Part shown: positions 9,670 to 21,349 of the stretch, piece by piece
Position numbering within the stretch: the stretch's first letter is position 1
Layout: each line of letters opens with the position of its first letter
NCBI GenBank assembly: GCA_942493095.1
Contig: OW818675.1
Location: 2,250,001-2,282,000 of the forward strand
Length of the DNA stretch: 32,000 nucleotides
Direction: 5' to 3'
Source of the DNA: Candidatus Electronema halotolerans
Lineage (GTDB): Bacteria; Desulfobacterota; Desulfobulbia; Desulfobulbales; Desulfobulbaceae
Program-made: the position numbers and the translations under genes
The notes under the pieces: generated by a model
Databases searched by the model: none
The model's input: the letters and a program-made list of their open reading frames with translations, nothing else
What the model was told of the DNA's origin: nothing

Positions 9670-10113
9670 CTATTCCTTGACCTCGCCTCCGGCGGCAAGA
9701 ATTTTCTCCCGTGCGCCTTGGCTGACTTTGTCCAGCTCCACTGTCACCTTGCGGCTGACCTCGCCGTTGGCCAGCACTTTGATCATCCTGCTCTCTTTGC
9801 CGCCGATGATTCCGGCAGTCCGCAGGGCTTCCCGGTTGACCACGGTTCCGTCTGCAAAACGGTCCAAGGCAGACAAGGTGATGATCACGTATTCTGTTTT
9901 GAATTTGTTGGTGAAGCCAACTTTGGGCAGACGACGGTGCAACGGCATCTGGCCGCCTTCAAAACCAATTCTGTGAGACGCGCCGGAACGGGCATTGGCA
10001 CCTTTATGGCCCTTGCCCGCTGTTTTTCCGTGGCCGCTGCCCTGCCCGCGCCCCAGACGCTTGCTCTGCCTGCGGGAGCCTGCAACTGGCGACAAATTGT
10101 TCAGCTTCAGCAT
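9670..10113 (-). CDS. rplO: 50S ribosomal protein L15
   Basis: 147 aa; [26 protein letters not shown] and [17 protein letters not shown]. Confidence 0.97.
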   Translation of the reverse strand: MLKLNNLSPVAGSRRQSKRLGRGQGSGHGKTAGKGHKGANARSGASHRIGFEGGQMPLHRRLPKVGFTNKFKTEYVIITLSALDRFADGTVVNREALRTAGIIGGKESRMIKVLANGEVSRKVTVELDKVSQGAREKILAAGGEVKE

Positions 10114-10295
10114 TGCTTTTCCTCCACCCGGACCAGATGCTGGACCTTTCTGATCATCCCTCTGATCTCCGGCGTATTTTTCCGTGTCACTGTCTTCTGC
10201 ATCTTAGTCAGGCCCAGACCGGTCAGCGTGGCGCGAATTTTCTTGGTGCTGCCAATGCCGCTCTTCACTTGGGTCACTGTCACTGTCTCGCTCAT
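10107..10295 (-). CDS. rpmD: 50S ribosomal protein L30
   Basis: 62 aa; [53 protein letters not shown]. Confidence 0.96.
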   Translation of the reverse strand: MSETVTVTQVKSGIGSTKKIRATLTGLGLTKMQKTVTRKNTPEIRGMIRKVQHLVRVEEKQC

Positions 10296-10337
10296 GATTC
10301 AACCATGTTCAACAAGGTTATTGGGGAAAATCATCTG

Positions 10338-10856
10338 TCAGGCAGTGATTTCCTCAACAGTCAGCCCTCTGAGGGCGGCAATATCCTCCTGGCTCCGCAG
10401 TCTGCGCAGCCCTTCAACTGTGGCCTTGACCAAGTTGTGGGGATTGTTGGAGCCTTGACATTTGGTGAGAATATTCTGCACCCCGGCAGCCTCCAGCACC
10501 GCCCGGACCGCGCCGCCCGCAATCACGCCCGTTCCTTCAGAAGCGGGCTTCAGCATCACTTTACCAGATTTGAACTTGCCGTCAACATGATGCGGAATGG
10601 AAACATCGGTCAGAGCGACCTGCTGCATGTCCTTGCGGGCGCGCTCCACGCCTTTGCGGATGGCTTCCGGCACCTGAGTGGCCTTGCCAAGTCCCTGCCC
10701 CACTCTGCCTTTGCCGTCACCAACCACGACAATGGCACTGAAGCTGAAACGACGGCCACCTTTCACCACTTTGGCCACCCGGTTGATATAGACTATTTTT
10801 TCTATCAGCTCTTCCTGCTGGTTGCCGCCTTCTTTGGCACGCTTGAAATCAGCCAA
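10338..10856 (-). CDS. rpsE: 30S ribosomal protein S5
   Basis: 172 aa; [45 protein letters not shown]. Confidence 0.98.
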   Translation of the reverse strand: MADFKRAKEGGNQQEELIEKIVYINRVAKVVKGGRRFSFSAIVVVGDGKGRVGQGLGKATQVPEAIRKGVERARKDMQQVALTDVSIPHHVDGKFKSGKVMLKPASEGTGVIAGGAVRAVLEAAGVQNILTKCQGSNNPHNLVKATVEGLRRLRSQEDIAALRGLTVEEITA

Positions 10857-10897
10857 GAAACACCTCCGATCAACTGAAATTTATTGCCGCCTGCACG

Positions 10898-11263
10898 TTA
10901 AAAATTCAAGCCGCCCTGCCGTGCCCCTTCCGCCAATGCCTTGACCCGGCCATGATAGAGATTGCCGCCTCTGTCAAACACAACCTTGTCAATGCCAGCG
11001 GCACGGGCGCGCTTGGCCGCCATCTCACCAACCCGACCTGCCTGAGCGACCTTTCCTTTCAGGTCGTCAGCAGTGAACTCCTTGTCCTCAGTTGACATGG
11101 AAACCAGCGTGTGTTGCTTCGTGTCGTCAACGATCTGCACATAAATATGACGGTTGCTCCGAAAAACACACATTCTGGGACGTTCCTGGGTGCCGATGAT
11201 TTTTTTGCGTATCCTTCTGATCCGTTTGTTCCGCGCTGCCAGCTTGCTGCTTTGCTTTGCCAT
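10898..11263 (-). CDS. rplR: 50S ribosomal protein L18
   Basis: 121 aa; [37 protein letters not shown] and [27 protein letters not shown]. Confidence 0.97.
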   Translation of the reverse strand: MAKQSSKLAARNKRIRRIRKKIIGTQERPRMCVFRSNRHIYVQIVDDTKQHTLVSMSTEDKEFTADDLKGKVAQAGRVGEMAAKRARAAGIDKVVFDRGGNLYHGRVKALAEGARQGGLNF

Positions 11264-11307
11264 GATGCCTTCACTTCATCCTTGAGTTGAACGCCTGAAA
11301 GCCGGAT

Positions 11308-11856
11308 TCACTTCTTGCCTTTGGCCCCGGACTTGCCTGCCTTGCGGACAATATGCTCATCCGCGTACCGAATGCCCTTGCCCTTGTACGGCTCAGGCTT
11401 GCGGATGGCCCTGATCTTGGCCGCTGTCTGCCCCACCAATTCCTTGTCAATCCCGGAGATGGTGATGTTGTTGCTTTTATCCACAGCGGCGGACACGCCC
11501 TCAGGCAGCAGAAACTGCACTGGATTGGAGTAGCCGACATTAAGGGTCAGCTTGGAGCCTTCCGCTGCGGCCCGGTAGCCCACGCCTTCTACGGCGAGCG
11601 CCTTGCTGAAGCCTTTGTCAACCCCGGCAACCATGTTGGCCACCAAAGTGCGGGTCAAGCCCCAGTAGGCCGCAACTTGCCGTCCGCCGCCTTTGGGTTT
11701 GAACACCAGCTGATTGTCTTCCTGCGTCACAGCGATTTCCGGGCGGAGATTCCGCTCCAGCGATCCCTTGCCGCCTGCGACTTTGATCCGGGTGCCCTGA
11801 ATTTCCACTTTGACTCCGTCAGGCAGCGGGACCGGCATTTTTCCGATTCGTGACAT
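11308..11856 (-). CDS. rplF: 50S ribosomal protein L6
   Basis: 182 aa; MSRIGKMPVPLPDGVKVEIQ... KPEPYKGKGIRYADEHIVRKAGKSGAKGKK. Confidence 0.98.
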   Translation of the reverse strand: MSRIGKMPVPLPDGVKVEIQGTRIKVAGGKGSLERNLRPEIAVTQEDNQLVFKPKGGGRQVAAYWGLTRTLVANMVAGVDKGFSKALAVEGVGYRAAAEGSKLTLNVGYSNPVQFLLPEGVSAAVDKSNNITISGIDKELVGQTAAKIRAIRKPEPYKGKGIRYADEHIVRKAGKSGAKGKK

Positions 11857-11879
11857 GTTCTTTCTCCTCTCAGGGGCTG

Positions 11880-12278
11880 CTACCAGACTTCGCAGAGCAG
11901 TTCGCCGCCCACATGCAGCCTGCGGGCTTCACGGTCAGACATGACCCCCTTGGAGGTCGTCAGGATGCCCACGCCCAGTCCGCTCATCACAGTGGGGATG
12001 GCATCGCTCTTCTTATATTGACGCAAGCCCGGCTTGGAAACCCGGCGCAGGCCAGTGATGACCTTCTCGTTGTTGGGGCCGTACTTCAGTTCTACTGTGA
12101 TGGTGCCCTGCACACCCTGCGTCGCAACCTGATAATCATTGATGTACCCTTCTTTTTTCAGGACATCAGCCACACTGACTTTCAGATTTGACAGCGGAAT
12201 CTCCACCGTGTCAAAATGCGCCCGGACAGCATTTCGTATTCTGGTCAGAAAATCTGCCAGCGGATCGCTCATAGACAT
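11880..12278 (-). CDS. rpsH: 30S ribosomal protein S8
   Basis: 132 aa; MSDPLADFLTRIRNAVRA and MSDREARRLHVGGELLCEVW. Confidence 0.98.
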   Translation of the reverse strand: MSMSDPLADFLTRIRNAVRAHFDTVEIPLSNLKVSVADVLKKEGYINDYQVATQGVQGTITVELKYGPNNEKVITGLRRVSKPGLRQYKKSDAIPTVMSGLGVGILTTSKGVMSDREARRLHVGGELLCEVW

Positions 12279-12330
12279 CCGAATACACCTCTGTGAATTG
12301 CTTTTCGTTGCGGCGGCCTTGGCCGGAGGA

Positions 12331-12516
12331 CTACCAGCTTGACTTGGTCACGCCGGTGATTTTACCCTCTGAGGCCAGCTTGCGGAAGCAGAGCCTGCAG
12401 CAGCCGAATTTCCTCATATATGCCCGTGGCCGTCCGCAGAGCTGGCAGCGGTTGTAGTTCCGCACTGCATACTTCTGCTTCCGCGCCGCTTTGGCGATCA
12501 GTGATTTTTTTGCCAT
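12331..12516 (-). CDS. rpsN: 30S ribosomal protein S14, type Z (zinc-binding)
   Basis: 61 aa with [38 protein letters not shown]. Confidence 0.97.
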   Translation of the reverse strand: MAKKSLIAKAARKQKYAVRNYNRCQLCGRPRAYMRKFGCCRLCFRKLASEGKITGVTKSSW

Positions 12517-12531
12517 GATCAGTCTCCTGCG

Positions 12532-13104
12532 TCAGTTGCCGCCCTGCTGGGCAGTCTCTGTTTTCTGCTGCTTGAACGGCATGCCCAGCCTGGCGAGCAG
12601 GGCGCGGCCCTCATCATCCGTTTTGGCACTGGTGACAATGGTGATGTTCAGCCCTCTGATCTTCTCAATCTTGTCGTAATCAATCTCAGGAAAGATGATA
12701 TGCTCCTTGATACCCATTGAGAAGTTGCCGCTGCCGTCAAAGCCCTTGGGAGAAACCCCCCGGAAGTCGCGCACGCGCGGCAGGGCGATGTTGACTAACT
12801 TGGCCAGAAAATCGTACATTCTGTCCCGGCGCAGGGTCACGCAGGTGCCGATTGGCATCCCTTCCCGCAATTTGAAAGTGGCGATGGATTTTCTCGCCCG
12901 GGTGACCACCGCCTTCTGTCCGGCGATCAGGGTCAGCTCGCCAGCCGCCTTCTCCACCACCTTGGGATTCTGCACTGCCTCGCCCAAGCCCATGTTGAGA
13001 ACAATTTTCTCCACTCTGGGAATTTGCAATCTGTTTTGATAACCAAACTCCTGCTGGAGCTGGGGTCTGCACTCATTTTCGTACAGTTCTCTCATCGTAG
13101 CCAT
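12532..13104 (-). CDS. rplE: 50S ribosomal protein L5
   Basis: 190 aa; [58 protein letters not shown]. Confidence 0.98.
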   Translation of the reverse strand: MATMRELYENECRPQLQQEFGYQNRLQIPRVEKIVLNMGLGEAVQNPKVVEKAAGELTLIAGQKAVVTRARKSIATFKLREGMPIGTCVTLRRDRMYDFLAKLVNIALPRVRDFRGVSPKGFDGSGNFSMGIKEHIIFPEIDYDKIEKIRGLNITIVTSAKTDDEGRALLARLGMPFKQQKTETAQQGGN

Positions 13105-13140
13105 GTAAATCGCTCCAATTCTGCGCAGATGGCAGACAGC

Positions 13141-13479
13141 TTACTTTGCGGATGCCGTCAAGGTCGCACCGCATTTCTTGCAGACCCGGACTTTTGTGCC
13201 GTCCTCAAGCACCTTCCTGCCGATGCGGACCGTCTTGGCGCACTCCGGGCAGACAAGCATGAGATTCGAGATATGAATGGGGGCTTCCTTCCTGATGATC
13301 TCGCCGGGCTGCTGCTCGCTCACCGGCTTCCGGTGCTTGGTGATCATGTTGATCCGTTCGACCAAAGCGCGGTTCGCTCCCCGGTCAATTTTGAGCACCT
13401 TGCCGACCCGCCCTCTGTCTTTGCCGGCAATCACTTCCACCTGATCATTTTTCCGCAAACTTGTCTGTCCCTGCCGCAT
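13141..13479 (-). CDS. rplX: 50S ribosomal protein L24 (start uncertain; track ORF extends to 13509)
   Basis: [45 protein letters not shown]... [28 protein letters not shown]. The internal Met at 13479 gives the more typical N-terminus. Confidence 0.93.
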   Translation of the reverse strand: MRQGQTSLRKNDQVEVIAGKDRGRVGKVLKIDRGANRALVERINMITKHRKPVSEQQPGEIIRKEAPIHISNLMLVCPECAKTVRIGRKVLEDGTKVRVCKKCGATLTASAK

Positions 13480-13526
13480 CTTCCTGTCCTCGTTTCCTGT
13501 GGCCCGCATTCCTAGTTTTTTGTTGC

Positions 13527-13895
13527 TTACAGCACTTCCGGCGCAAGCGATATGATCTTCATAAAACCGAGCGAGCGCAGCTCGCGGGCCACCGGCCCAA
13601 AGATGCGGGTGCCCACCGGCTCTCCGTTGCCGGAAAGCAGCACTGCCGCGTTGTCATCAAAGCGAACCACTGTGTCCTCAGGTCGCCTGATCTCCTTGCT
13701 GGTGCGGACCACAACGGCATTGAGCACATCGCCCTTTTTGACCTTCGCGTTCGGAATGGCCTCTTTGACTGTGACAACAATCACATCGCCGATGCTGGCA
13801 TACCGACGGCGGCTGCCGCCCAGCACCCGGATGCAGAGCACTTTCTTAGCTCCTGAATTGTCCGCGACATTCAGTCTGGTTTCTGTCTGAATCAT
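13527..13895 (-). CDS. rplN: 50S ribosomal protein L14
   Basis: [48 protein letters not shown]..., 122 aa; track ORF extended to 14006 but the canonical start is at 13895. Confidence 0.97.
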   Translation of the reverse strand: MIQTETRLNVADNSGAKKVLCIRVLGGSRRRYASIGDVIVVTVKEAIPNAKVKKGDVLNAVVVRTSKEIRRPEDTVVRFDDNAAVLLSGNGEPVGTRIFGPVARELRSLGFMKIISLAPEVL

Positions 13896-13942
13896 GGTAT
13901 CACCTGAATAAGTTGCGCAATCAAAATATCCTGACGGACAGA

Positions 13943-14203
13943 TCAGACAGCCCGCTGGACAATGCTCCTGACAAACCAGCGTTTGCGCTTGGAAAGCGGC
14001 CTGCACTCCTCAATCAGGACTGTGTCGCCGATATTGCATTCGTTCGCGGCATCATGCGCCATGTAATTCACCCGGCGGCGGATGTACTTGCCGTACAGCT
14101 TGTGCCGGACTTTCCGTTCAACCGTGACGACCACTGTCCTGTCCATGCGGTTGCTTTTGACAAAGCCCAACTGGGTCTTTCTGGAACTTGATTTCTCGCT
14201 CAT
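13943..14203 (-). CDS. rpsQ: 30S ribosomal protein S17
   Basis: 86 aa; [66 protein letters not shown]. Confidence 0.97.
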   Translation of the reverse strand: MSEKSSSRKTQLGFVKSNRMDRTVVVTVERKVRHKLYGKYIRRRVNYMAHDAANECNIGDTVLIEECRPLSKRKRWFVRSIVQRAV

Positions 14204-14242
14204 TCTTATATTTGTTCCGGTGTGCTGGTTTCAGGCCGGGCC

Positions 14243-14437
14243 TCAGGCTGCCTGCTCAGTCAGAATGGTCTGCACTCTGGCGATATCTTTGCGCAGCTGC
14301 TTCAGCCGGGCTGGATTTTCCAATTTCCGAATCCCATGCTGAAACCTGAGCTTGAACAGCTCCTCACGCATTTCCTGCTCTTTTTTCCGCAGATCGCCGC
14401 CGCTCAGTTTCCGCAGCTCGCTGACAGTTGTCTTCAT
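14243..14437 (-). CDS. rpmC: 50S ribosomal protein L29
   Basis: 64 aa; [52 protein letters not shown]. Start overlaps the rplP stop (ATGA-type). Confidence 0.96.
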   Translation of the reverse strand: MKTTVSELRKLSGGDLRKKEQEMREELFKLRFQHGIRKLENPARLKQLRKDIARVQTILTEQAA

Positions 14438-14850
14438 ATCGTGCTGCTCCTGGTGATGATCCGGGTCGGGAAAGGCAGTTTGTAGGAAGCCAGGCGCAGC
14501 GCCTCTTTGGCCACATCCTCCGGCACCCCTTTCAGCTCATAGAGAATTCTGCCCGGCTTGATGACCATCACCCAAGAATCAGGTGAACCCTTGCCTCCGC
14601 CCATGCGGGTTTCCGCCGGCTTTTTGGTGATTGACTTGGCAGGAAAAACCCTGATCCAGAGCTTGCCGCCACGTTTCACCCGTCTGTTGATGGCAATACG
14701 GGCCGCCTCAATCTGCTGGGCGGTCATACGACCGCAGCCTTCCGCTTTCAGGGCATAATCACCAAAGGCAAGCTGCGAACCCCGCTGGGACTCGCCGCGC
14801 ATTCTGCCCTTATGCTGCTTCCTGTGCTTTACCTTGCGTGGACTTAACAT
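14434..14850 (-). CDS. rplP: 50S ribosomal protein L16
   Basis: 138 aa; [56 protein letters not shown]. Confidence 0.98.
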   Translation of the reverse strand: MLSPRKVKHRKQHKGRMRGESQRGSQLAFGDYALKAEGCGRMTAQQIEAARIAINRRVKRGGKLWIRVFPAKSITKKPAETRMGGGKGSPDSWVMVIKPGRILYELKGVPEDVAKEALRLASYKLPFPTRIITRSSTI

Positions 14851-14868
14851 TGCTCAATACCTTCTCTG

Positions 14869-15519
14869 TTACTGGTCAAGAGACGGCCCGCCGTCTGTCA
14901 GCACCTCGCCCCGGAATATCCAGACCTTGACTCCGATCTTGCCATAAGTGGTGCTGGCCTCGGCAAGGCCGTAATCAATATCGGCCCGCAAAGTGTGCAG
15001 CGGCACCCGGCCTTCCTTGAACCACTCTGTTCTGGACATTTCCGCGCCGCCCAGTCGTCCTGAACAGGAAATTTTGATGCCTTTGACTCCGAAACGGAGA
15101 GCCGTGCTGATTGACTTTTTCATTGCCCGGCGGAAGGCGATGCGCTTCTCCAGCTGGCCGGCAATGTTTTCCGCCACCAACTGCGCATCCGCCTCAGGCC
15201 GTCTGATCTCCTGAATGTCGATCATGCACTCGCGGCTGAACTTCCGCTCAAGCTCCCGCTTCAGGTTCTCAATCTCAGCCCCTTTCTTGCCGATGACGAT
15301 TCCGGGACGCGCTGTGAACAGTCTGATCCGCACCTTCTCGCCAGTGCGCTCAATCACAATCCGGGCCACTCCGGCATGATACAGTTTCTTTTTCAGATAG
15401 CTGCGCATCTGCTGATCCTGATGCAGATTGGCGGCATAATCCCGGTCAGCATACCAGATTGAATCCCATGTTCTGGTGATGTTGAGCCGCAGCCCAATAG
15501 GATTGACTTTTTGTCCCAA
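14869..15519 (-). CDS. rpsC: 30S ribosomal protein S3
   Basis: 216 aa; [35 protein letters not shown] and [30 protein letters not shown]. Confidence 0.98.
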   Translation of the reverse strand: MGQKVNPIGLRLNITRTWDSIWYADRDYAANLHQDQQMRSYLKKKLYHAGVARIVIERTGEKVRIRLFTARPGIVIGKKGAEIENLKRELERKFSRECMIDIQEIRRPEADAQLVAENIAGQLEKRIAFRRAMKKSISTALRFGVKGIKISCSGRLGGAEMSRTEWFKEGRVPLHTLRADIDYGLAEASTTYGKIGVKVWIFRGEVLTDGGPSLDQ

Positions 15520-15568
15520 CGTGTCCTCCGTGTTCCCTATGCGGTTTTGATCTCAATACAAGCAGTTC

Positions 15569-15910
15569 TCAGTGCAGACCCCGCTCATCAACAACCACTG
15601 TGATATGACTGGTCCGTTTCAATATTTTACCTGCCCGCCCCATAGCTCTGGGCCGGAACCGCTTGAGCATCGGCCCGCCATTGATCTGGATTTCCTTCAC
15701 ATAGAGCGTGTCCACATCAATGGTCTCAGTCTGCTCGGCATTGGCAATTGCTGATTCCAGCACCTTGCGCAAAATTTCAGCCGCTTTTTTCGGCATGAAC
15801 CTGAGCGTGGTGATCGCGCTCTCCACATCCTTGCCCCGGACCACATCAGCCACCAGCCGCGCCTTCTGCGGGGAGATGCGGATATACTTTGCCACGGCTT
15901 TTGCTTCCAT
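15569..15910 (-). CDS. rplV: 50S ribosomal protein L22
   Basis: 113 aa; [51 protein letters not shown]. Confidence 0.97.
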   Translation of the reverse strand: MEAKAVAKYIRISPQKARLVADVVRGKDVESAITTLRFMPKKAAEILRKVLESAIANAEQTETIDVDTLYVKEIQINGGPMLKRFRPRAMGRAGKILKRTSHITVVVDERGLH

Positions 15911-15952
15911 CCTCTGACTCCTGCTTTTTCCTCTGTTTTCAGGCTGGCCGGG

Positions 15953-16231
15953 TTACTTGCGCTTGCCTTTCTTGTCCGCCGCGTGGCCGTGGTAGGTTCT
16001 CGTCAACGAAAATTCGCCCAGCTTGTGCCCGACCATGTTTTCCGAAACATAGACTGGAATGAACTTCCTTCCGTTGTGAACGGCAAAGGTCAGGCCCACC
16101 ATTTCAGGAACAATATCCGAACGTCTGGACCAGGTCTTGATCACCTTGCCGCCGCCTGATGTCTGAGATTTCTCCACTTTTTTCATCAGGTGACCGTCAA
16201 TAAACGGTCCTTTCTTAATGGAACGTGCCAT
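15953..16231 (-). CDS. rpsS: 30S ribosomal protein S19
   Basis: 92 aa; [21 protein letters not shown]... [26 protein letters not shown]. Confidence 0.98.
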   Translation of the reverse strand: MARSIKKGPFIDGHLMKKVEKSQTSGGGKVIKTWSRRSDIVPEMVGLTFAVHNGRKFIPVYVSENMVGHKLGEFSLTRTYHGHAADKKGKRK

Positions 16232-16248
16232 GCTGATGCTCTCCTGAA

Positions 16249-17073
16249 TTACTTGCGCTTGGTGACAATGTCGCGGTCAGATGCCTTCTTTTTCCGGCGG
16301 GTCTTGTAGCCCTTGGCTGGCATGCCCCACGGCGAGCAAGGATTGCGACCGCCTGAGCTTTTGCCCTCGCCGCCGCCCATTGGATGATCAACTGGGTTCA
16401 TGGCCACGCCGCGCACCGAAGGCCGCCTGCCTTCCCAGCGCGCCCGGCCCGCCTTGCCCAATTTGCGGCTGCTGTGCTCGGCATTGCCCACCGCGCCGAT
16501 GCAGGCCCGGCACTGACTGTTGAATTTGCGCACCTCGCCAGACGGCAGCTTGACCAAGACGTGACTGCCCTCTTTGGCCATGAGCTGGGCCGCAGCTCCG
16601 GCAGAACGGACAATCTGCGCCCCTTTGCCGATCTTCATCTCCACATTGTGAATGATGGTGCCCAAAGGAATATGACTCATCGGCAGGCAGTTGCCCGGCT
16701 TGATGTCCGCGTCCGCGCCCGCAGTCAGCATGTCGCCGACACGGATGCCCGCCGGGGCGAGAATATAGGTTTTTTCGCCATCAAGATAGGTCAGCAGAGC
16801 AATATTGGCGGAGCGGTTGGGGTCATACTCCAAGGCGGTGACTTTGGCCGGCACCCCGGTCTTGTTCCGCTTCCAGTCAATGACGCGGTATTTGCGCTTG
16901 TGCCCGCCGCCGATATGCCGGGCGGTTATCCGTCCGTAAGCGTTCCGTCCGCCAGTTTTCTTCAGCGGTCTGAGCAGGCTCTTTTCAGGAGCTTTGTCAG
17001 AAATATCCGGCTGGACTATGGATACCTGATGCCGTTTGCCCGGTGATGTCGGTTTATGGGTCCTGATTGCCAT
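16249..17073 (-). CDS. rplB: 50S ribosomal protein L2
   Basis: 274 aa; [22 protein letters not shown] and [31 protein letters not shown]. Confidence 0.98.
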   Translation of the reverse strand: MAIRTHKPTSPGKRHQVSIVQPDISDKAPEKSLLRPLKKTGGRNAYGRITARHIGGGHKRKYRVIDWKRNKTGVPAKVTALEYDPNRSANIALLTYLDGEKTYILAPAGIRVGDMLTAGADADIKPGNCLPMSHIPLGTIIHNVEMKIGKGAQIVRSAGAAAQLMAKEGSHVLVKLPSGEVRKFNSQCRACIGAVGNAEHSSRKLGKAGRARWEGRRPSVRGVAMNPVDHPMGGGEGKSSGGRNPCSPWGMPAKGYKTRRKKKASDRDIVTKRK

Positions 17074-17127
17074 GTTTTTGTCCGTTCTCTGTTATATCCT
17101 CAAATCTGAAGCAAGGACTGGGCCGCC

Positions 17128-17418
17128 TCACAGCTCATCAAGATAATTTATTTTCCCTTCGGACAGCTTGATGTAGGCTTTTTTCCAATCGCTGGTCCGC
17201 CCGGCAGGTCTGGCACCAATTCGCTTCTGCTTGCCTCGCATCTTCACTGTTCTGACTGAAGCGACCTTGACCTTGAAAAGCTGCTCCACAGCCTGCCGGA
17301 TTTCAATCTTGTTCGCCTCTGAGGCGACCTTGAAGGTGACCGTGTTCTCCGCCTCTTGGAGCAAATTGGATTTCTCGGTCATGTACGGCTCTTTGATCAC
17401 ATCATAAATCACTTTCAT
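17128..17418 (-). CDS. rplW: 50S ribosomal protein L23
   Basis: 96 aa; VIKEPYMTEKSN, NKIEIRQAVEQLFKVKVASVRTVKMRGKQKRIG. Overlaps the rplD stop. Confidence 0.97.
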   Translation of the reverse strand: MKVIYDVIKEPYMTEKSNLLQEAENTVTFKVASEANKIEIRQAVEQLFKVKVASVRTVKMRGKQKRIGARPAGRTSDWKKAYIKLSEGKINYLDEL

Positions 17419-18038
17419 GCCATCAGCCTCGCTTCCAACTGCTCCAAAGTGGATTTGACAATCATCAGCTTGTCATACTTGAGAATATCATACACATTCA
17501 GCCCTTCGGCAGGCATGACCTGATAGCCAAGCGCATTGCGGGCCGAGAGCTGCAGGTTGGTGTTTTCCTTTTCCGCCACCAGCAGACAGTTGGCAAAGGT
17601 GAAATTCCGCATCACCCCGACAAAGTCCTTGGTCTTAGGAGCCGTCAGCTCAAACTGATCAAGAATCACCACATTGCCTTCGCTCATCCGGGCTGACAGG
17701 GCCATGCGCAGAGCCAGCCGCCGCACCTTTTTCGGCATGGTGTAGCTGTAGTCTCTCGGCTTGGGACCGAAGGCAGTGCCGCCGCCGCACCAGACCGGCG
17801 AATTGTTGCTGCCTGACCTAGCCCGGCCTGTGCCTTTCTGCCGCCACGGTTTTTTGCCGCCGCCGCTCACTTCGCCTCTGGTCTTGGTCGAAGCAGTGCC
17901 TTTGCGGCGGCAGGCGCGCTGCATGCAGACCACTTCATGAAGAATGCCCGGATTCACCGGCACCGCGAACAGACTGTCGCTGACTTCCATCTCCGCGACT
18001 TTTTCCGCCGAGGTGTTCATTACATCACAAACTGACAT
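17415..18038 (-). CDS. rplD: 50S ribosomal protein L4
   Basis: 207 aa; [71 protein letters not shown]. Confidence 0.97.
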   Translation of the reverse strand: MSVCDVMNTSAEKVAEMEVSDSLFAVPVNPGILHEVVCMQRACRRKGTASTKTRGEVSGGGKKPWRQKGTGRARSGSNNSPVWCGGGTAFGPKPRDYSYTMPKKVRRLALRMALSARMSEGNVVILDQFELTAPKTKDFVGVMRNFTFANCLLVAEKENTNLQLSARNALGYQVMPAEGLNVYDILKYDKLMIVKSTLEQLEARLMA

Positions 18039-18062
18039 GAGTCATCTCCCTTGCAAGGCAGC

Positions 18063-18710
18063 TTATGCCTTAGTGTAAATGCTGACCAAGCCGTTCTTTG
18101 CCCCGGGCACTGCTCCTTTGACCAGCAGAATGTTCTCTTCTTCGCGGATATCGACCACAGTGAGATTCTTGATAGTCTTCTTTTCCACGCCCATCCGGCC
18201 CGGCATCTTCTTGCCTTTGACGACCCGGCTGGGGTAGGCGCTGCAGCCAATGGAACCCGGTGCCCGCTGAAAATTGGAGCCGTGCGTCTCCCGACCGCCG
18301 CCAAAACCGTGCCGTTTGATCACGCCTTGAAAGCCCCGGCCCTTGCTGTGGCCTGTGATGTCAATTTTATCGCCGATTTTAAACAGCTCGCTGACAAGAA
18401 TCTGCTGGCCCAACTCGTACCCCTGCGGATTTTCGACCCGGAACTCCCGGACATGATAATATCCCGCATCGCCAGCCTTCTTAAAATGACCTGCTTCCGG
18501 CTTGTTCAATCTGGACTGCTTCTTTTCGCCAAACCCCACCTGAATGGCATTGTATCCTTCTTTGCCGACAGTTTTCTTCTGCAGCACAACACAGGGGCCA
18601 GCTTCTATGACTGTGACCGGGCTGACCTGACCGACTTCATCATACACTCTGGTCATGCCCAGCTTCCGTCCCAGTATTCCATTTGTCTTCGGCATTTTTT
18701 TACCTGTCAA
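18063..18710 (-). CDS. rplC: 50S ribosomal protein L3
   Basis: 215 aa; GILGRKLGMTRVYDEVGQVSPVTVIEAGPC and KGRGFQGVIKRHGFGGGRETHGSNFQRAPGSIG. Confidence 0.97.
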   Translation of the reverse strand: MTGKKMPKTNGILGRKLGMTRVYDEVGQVSPVTVIEAGPCVVLQKKTVGKEGYNAIQVGFGEKKQSRLNKPEAGHFKKAGDAGYYHVREFRVENPQGYELGQQILVSELFKIGDKIDITGHSKGRGFQGVIKRHGFGGGRETHGSNFQRAPGSIGCSAYPSRVVKGKKMPGRMGVEKKTIKNLTVVDIREEENILLVKGAVPGAKNGLVSIYTKA

Positions 18711-18766
18711 CGCTAATAAACTCTGTCAAAACGGAACTTGTCCGCCGCATCCCCTGCCGGAACGTC

Positions 18767-19081
18767 TCAGGGCAGCTTGATTTCCACATCCACGCCTGCT
18801 GAAAGCTGGAGCTTCATCAGCGAATCAATTGTCTGCTGGGTCGGCTCAAGAATGTCAAGCAGACGGCGATGAGTGCGCATTTCAAACTGCTCCCTGGACT
18901 TTTTGTCCACATGGGGCGATCTGAGCACCGTGTATTTGCTGATGCTGGTCGGCAGCGGAATCGGCCCGGCCACAGTCGCGCCTGTGCGCCGCGCTGTCTC
19001 GACGATTTCCGAAGTTGACTGGTCAAGCAGCTTGTAATCGTAGCCTTTGAGCCTGATGCGAATTTTGTCTGTGTTGATCAT
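18767..19081 (-). CDS. rpsJ: 30S ribosomal protein S10
   Basis: 104 aa; [39 protein letters not shown]... [39 protein letters not shown]. Confidence 0.98.
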   Translation of the reverse strand: MINTDKIRIRLKGYDYKLLDQSTSEIVETARRTGATVAGPIPLPTSISKYTVLRSPHVDKKSREQFEMRTHRRLLDILEPTQQTIDSLMKLQLSAGVDVEIKLP

Positions 19082-19146
19082 GGGTTCCTCTTTCCTGCCG
19101 CCGTCCTCAGCTGACTGTCATCCGGTCTGCTGTCATGGCTGCGAAC

Positions 19147-21225
19147 TTAAACGCCTCGAATCTTATGAATGATGGCTTCAGCCTGTTTGGCTGGAACTTC
19201 GGCAAAAGCATGAAACTGCATGGAGTAGGAAGCTCTGCCCTGCGTTGCCGACCGCAGCGTGGTTGAATAACCAAACATCTTAGCCAGCGGCACCCGCGCA
19301 CTGACCATCTGCAGGTTCCGCTCCGCCTCCACCGCTTCGATGTGCGCATTCTTCCGGTTCAGATCATTGATCACTTCGCCAAGATACTCTTCCGGCACCA
19401 GCACTTCCACTTCCATGACCGGCTCCAGCAGCACAGCTCCGGCCTCTGCCGCCGCCTGTCGGCAGGCCAGCGCGGCAGCCACCGCAAAAGCCATCTCTGT
19501 CGAATGCTCCTCATCATAGGAGCCGCCGACAAGCTGGACAGTCACGTCGGTGAGCGGATAACCGATCAGCGGCCCTGAATCAAGCGTGTCCCGCACACTC
19601 TTTTCAATTGCCTTGAGATACAGGGCCGGAATCTGCTCCGCATCAACCTTGCTCTCAAAGGCAATACCGCTGCCACGTGCTGCCGGAGCAAAACGAAGCA
19701 CTGCGTGACCATACTGCTCCTTGCCGCCGCTTGGGGCCTGAAAACGCCCTTCTCCTTCAGCGGCGCAGGTGATCGTCTCTTTATAGGCCACCTGCGGGGT
19801 TCCCACATTGGGGGAAACCTTGAACTCCCGCCGCAGCCGGTCAACCACAATCTCCAAGTGCAGCTCGCCCATGCCGGAGATAAGCTGCTGGCCAGTATCC
19901 TCATTGCGGCTGACCCGGAAACTGGGGTCTTCAAAAGCGATCTTGGCAAGGCTTTCCGTCAGCCTGACCTCATCCGCCTTGTTTTTGGCCTCTATGGCGA
20001 TGCTGATCACCGGCTCAGGAAAATTCATATTCTCCAGCACGATGCAATCGTCTTCCCCGCAAAGGGTGTCGCCTGTGCTGGAAAACTTGAGACCAACCAC
20101 AGCACCGATGTCCCCGGCTCCAATCCGGTCAACCTCTTCGCGCTTATTGGCGTGAAGCTTGATCAGCTTGGAGATTTTCTCCTTTTTCTGCTTGCCCGGA
20201 TTGAACACCCGGCTGCCTGCCTTCAACTCGCCTGAATAAACCCTGACAAAGGCCAGCGACCCGACAAAAGGATCTGACTGAAATTTGAAGACCAAGGCGC
20301 AGAAAGGGTCTTTGCTGTCCGCATGCCGCAGCACTGCTTCGCCATCCCTGCCTGCTCCTTCCACTGGCGGAACATCCAAGGGCGAAGGCAGATACCTGAC
20401 CACTGCGTCAAGCAGCGGCTGAATCCCCTTATTTTTAAAGGCGGAACCGCAGAGCACCGGCACCAGCTTGAGCGAGCAGACTGCCTTCCGCAGGGCGGCG
20501 CGTATTTCATCAGGAGAGATATCCTGTTCTTCCAGATATTTTTCCATGATCCCCTCATCGAAGTCGGCCAACTTCTCGAGGAGATGCAAACGTGCAGCCG
20601 ATGATTTGCCGTGCAGCTCTTCAGGAATTTCCGCAGCCAGCACGGTCCCGCCTTTGGTTTCCTCGTCAAAGGTGAGATACCGCTCTTCAATCAGATCAAC
20701 AATCCCGGCAAAGGCATCCTCGCTTCCTGCGGGCAGCGTGACTGGCACTGGCGCCGCTCCAAGCTGACTTTTAATTTCCTCGACCACCCGGTCAAAGTCA
20801 GCCCCGATCCGATCCATCTTGTTGATAAAGACGATCCGGGGGATATGGTAGCGGTCCGCCTGCCGCCAGACAGTCTCTGACTGCGGCTCAACACCGCCGA
20901 CCGCGCAGAAAACAACAACCGCGCCGTCCAAGACCCGCAGGCAGCGTTCCACCTCCACGGTGAAATCAACATGTCCTGGCGTGTCAATGATGTTGATCTG
21001 ATGCTGCTGCCAGAAGCAGGTGGTGGCGGCTGAGGTGATGGTGATGCCCCGCTCCTGCTCCTGCTCCATCCAATCCATGACCGCTGTGCCGTCATGAACT
21101 TCGCCTATCTTATGCGAACGTCCTGTGTAGTACAGAATGCGCTCAGTAGTTGTTGTCTTGCCTGCGTCAATATGGGCTGTGATGCCGATATTACGCACAT
21201 TGGCCAATGAATCTTCTGCAACCAC
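19147..21225 (-). CDS. fusA: Elongation factor G (GTG start)
   Basis: 692 aa; [74 protein letters not shown]. Confidence 0.97.
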   Translation of the reverse strand: MVAEDSLANVRNIGITAHIDAGKTTTTERILYYTGRSHKIGEVHDGTAVMDWMEQEQERGITITSAATTCFWQQHQINIIDTPGHVDFTVEVERCLRVLDGAVVVFCAVGGVEPQSETVWRQADRYHIPRIVFINKMDRIGADFDRVVEEIKSQLGAAPVPVTLPAGSEDAFAGIVDLIEERYLTFDEETKGGTVLAAEIPEELHGKSSAARLHLLEKLADFDEGIMEKYLEEQDISPDEIRAALRKAVCSLKLVPVLCGSAFKNKGIQPLLDAVVRYLPSPLDVPPVEGAGRDGEAVLRHADSKDPFCALVFKFQSDPFVGSLAFVRVYSGELKAGSRVFNPGKQKKEKISKLIKLHANKREEVDRIGAGDIGAVVGLKFSSTGDTLCGEDDCIVLENMNFPEPVISIAIEAKNKADEVRLTESLAKIAFEDPSFRVSRNEDTGQQLISGMGELHLEIVVDRLRREFKVSPNVGTPQVAYKETITCAAEGEGRFQAPSGGKEQYGHAVLRFAPAARGSGIAFESKVDAEQIPALYLKAIEKSVRDTLDSGPLIGYPLTDVTVQLVGGSYDEEHSTEMAFAVAAALACRQAAAEAGAVLLEPVMEVEVLVPEEYLGEVINDLNRKNAHIEAVEAERNLQMVSARVPLAKMFGYSTTLRSATQGRASYSMQFHAFAEVPAKQAEAIIHKIRGV

Positions 21226-21349
21226 TGATCTGTCCGCATTCGTCCGTTCTCGTTTTCCTTCACAGCCTGTGCCGCCTGCTGCAAAAGGTTCTGCTTTTTA
21301 CCGCAATCGCTGCTGCCTGTCAAGAGACTTTTTGCATCCCGCGCTTTTT

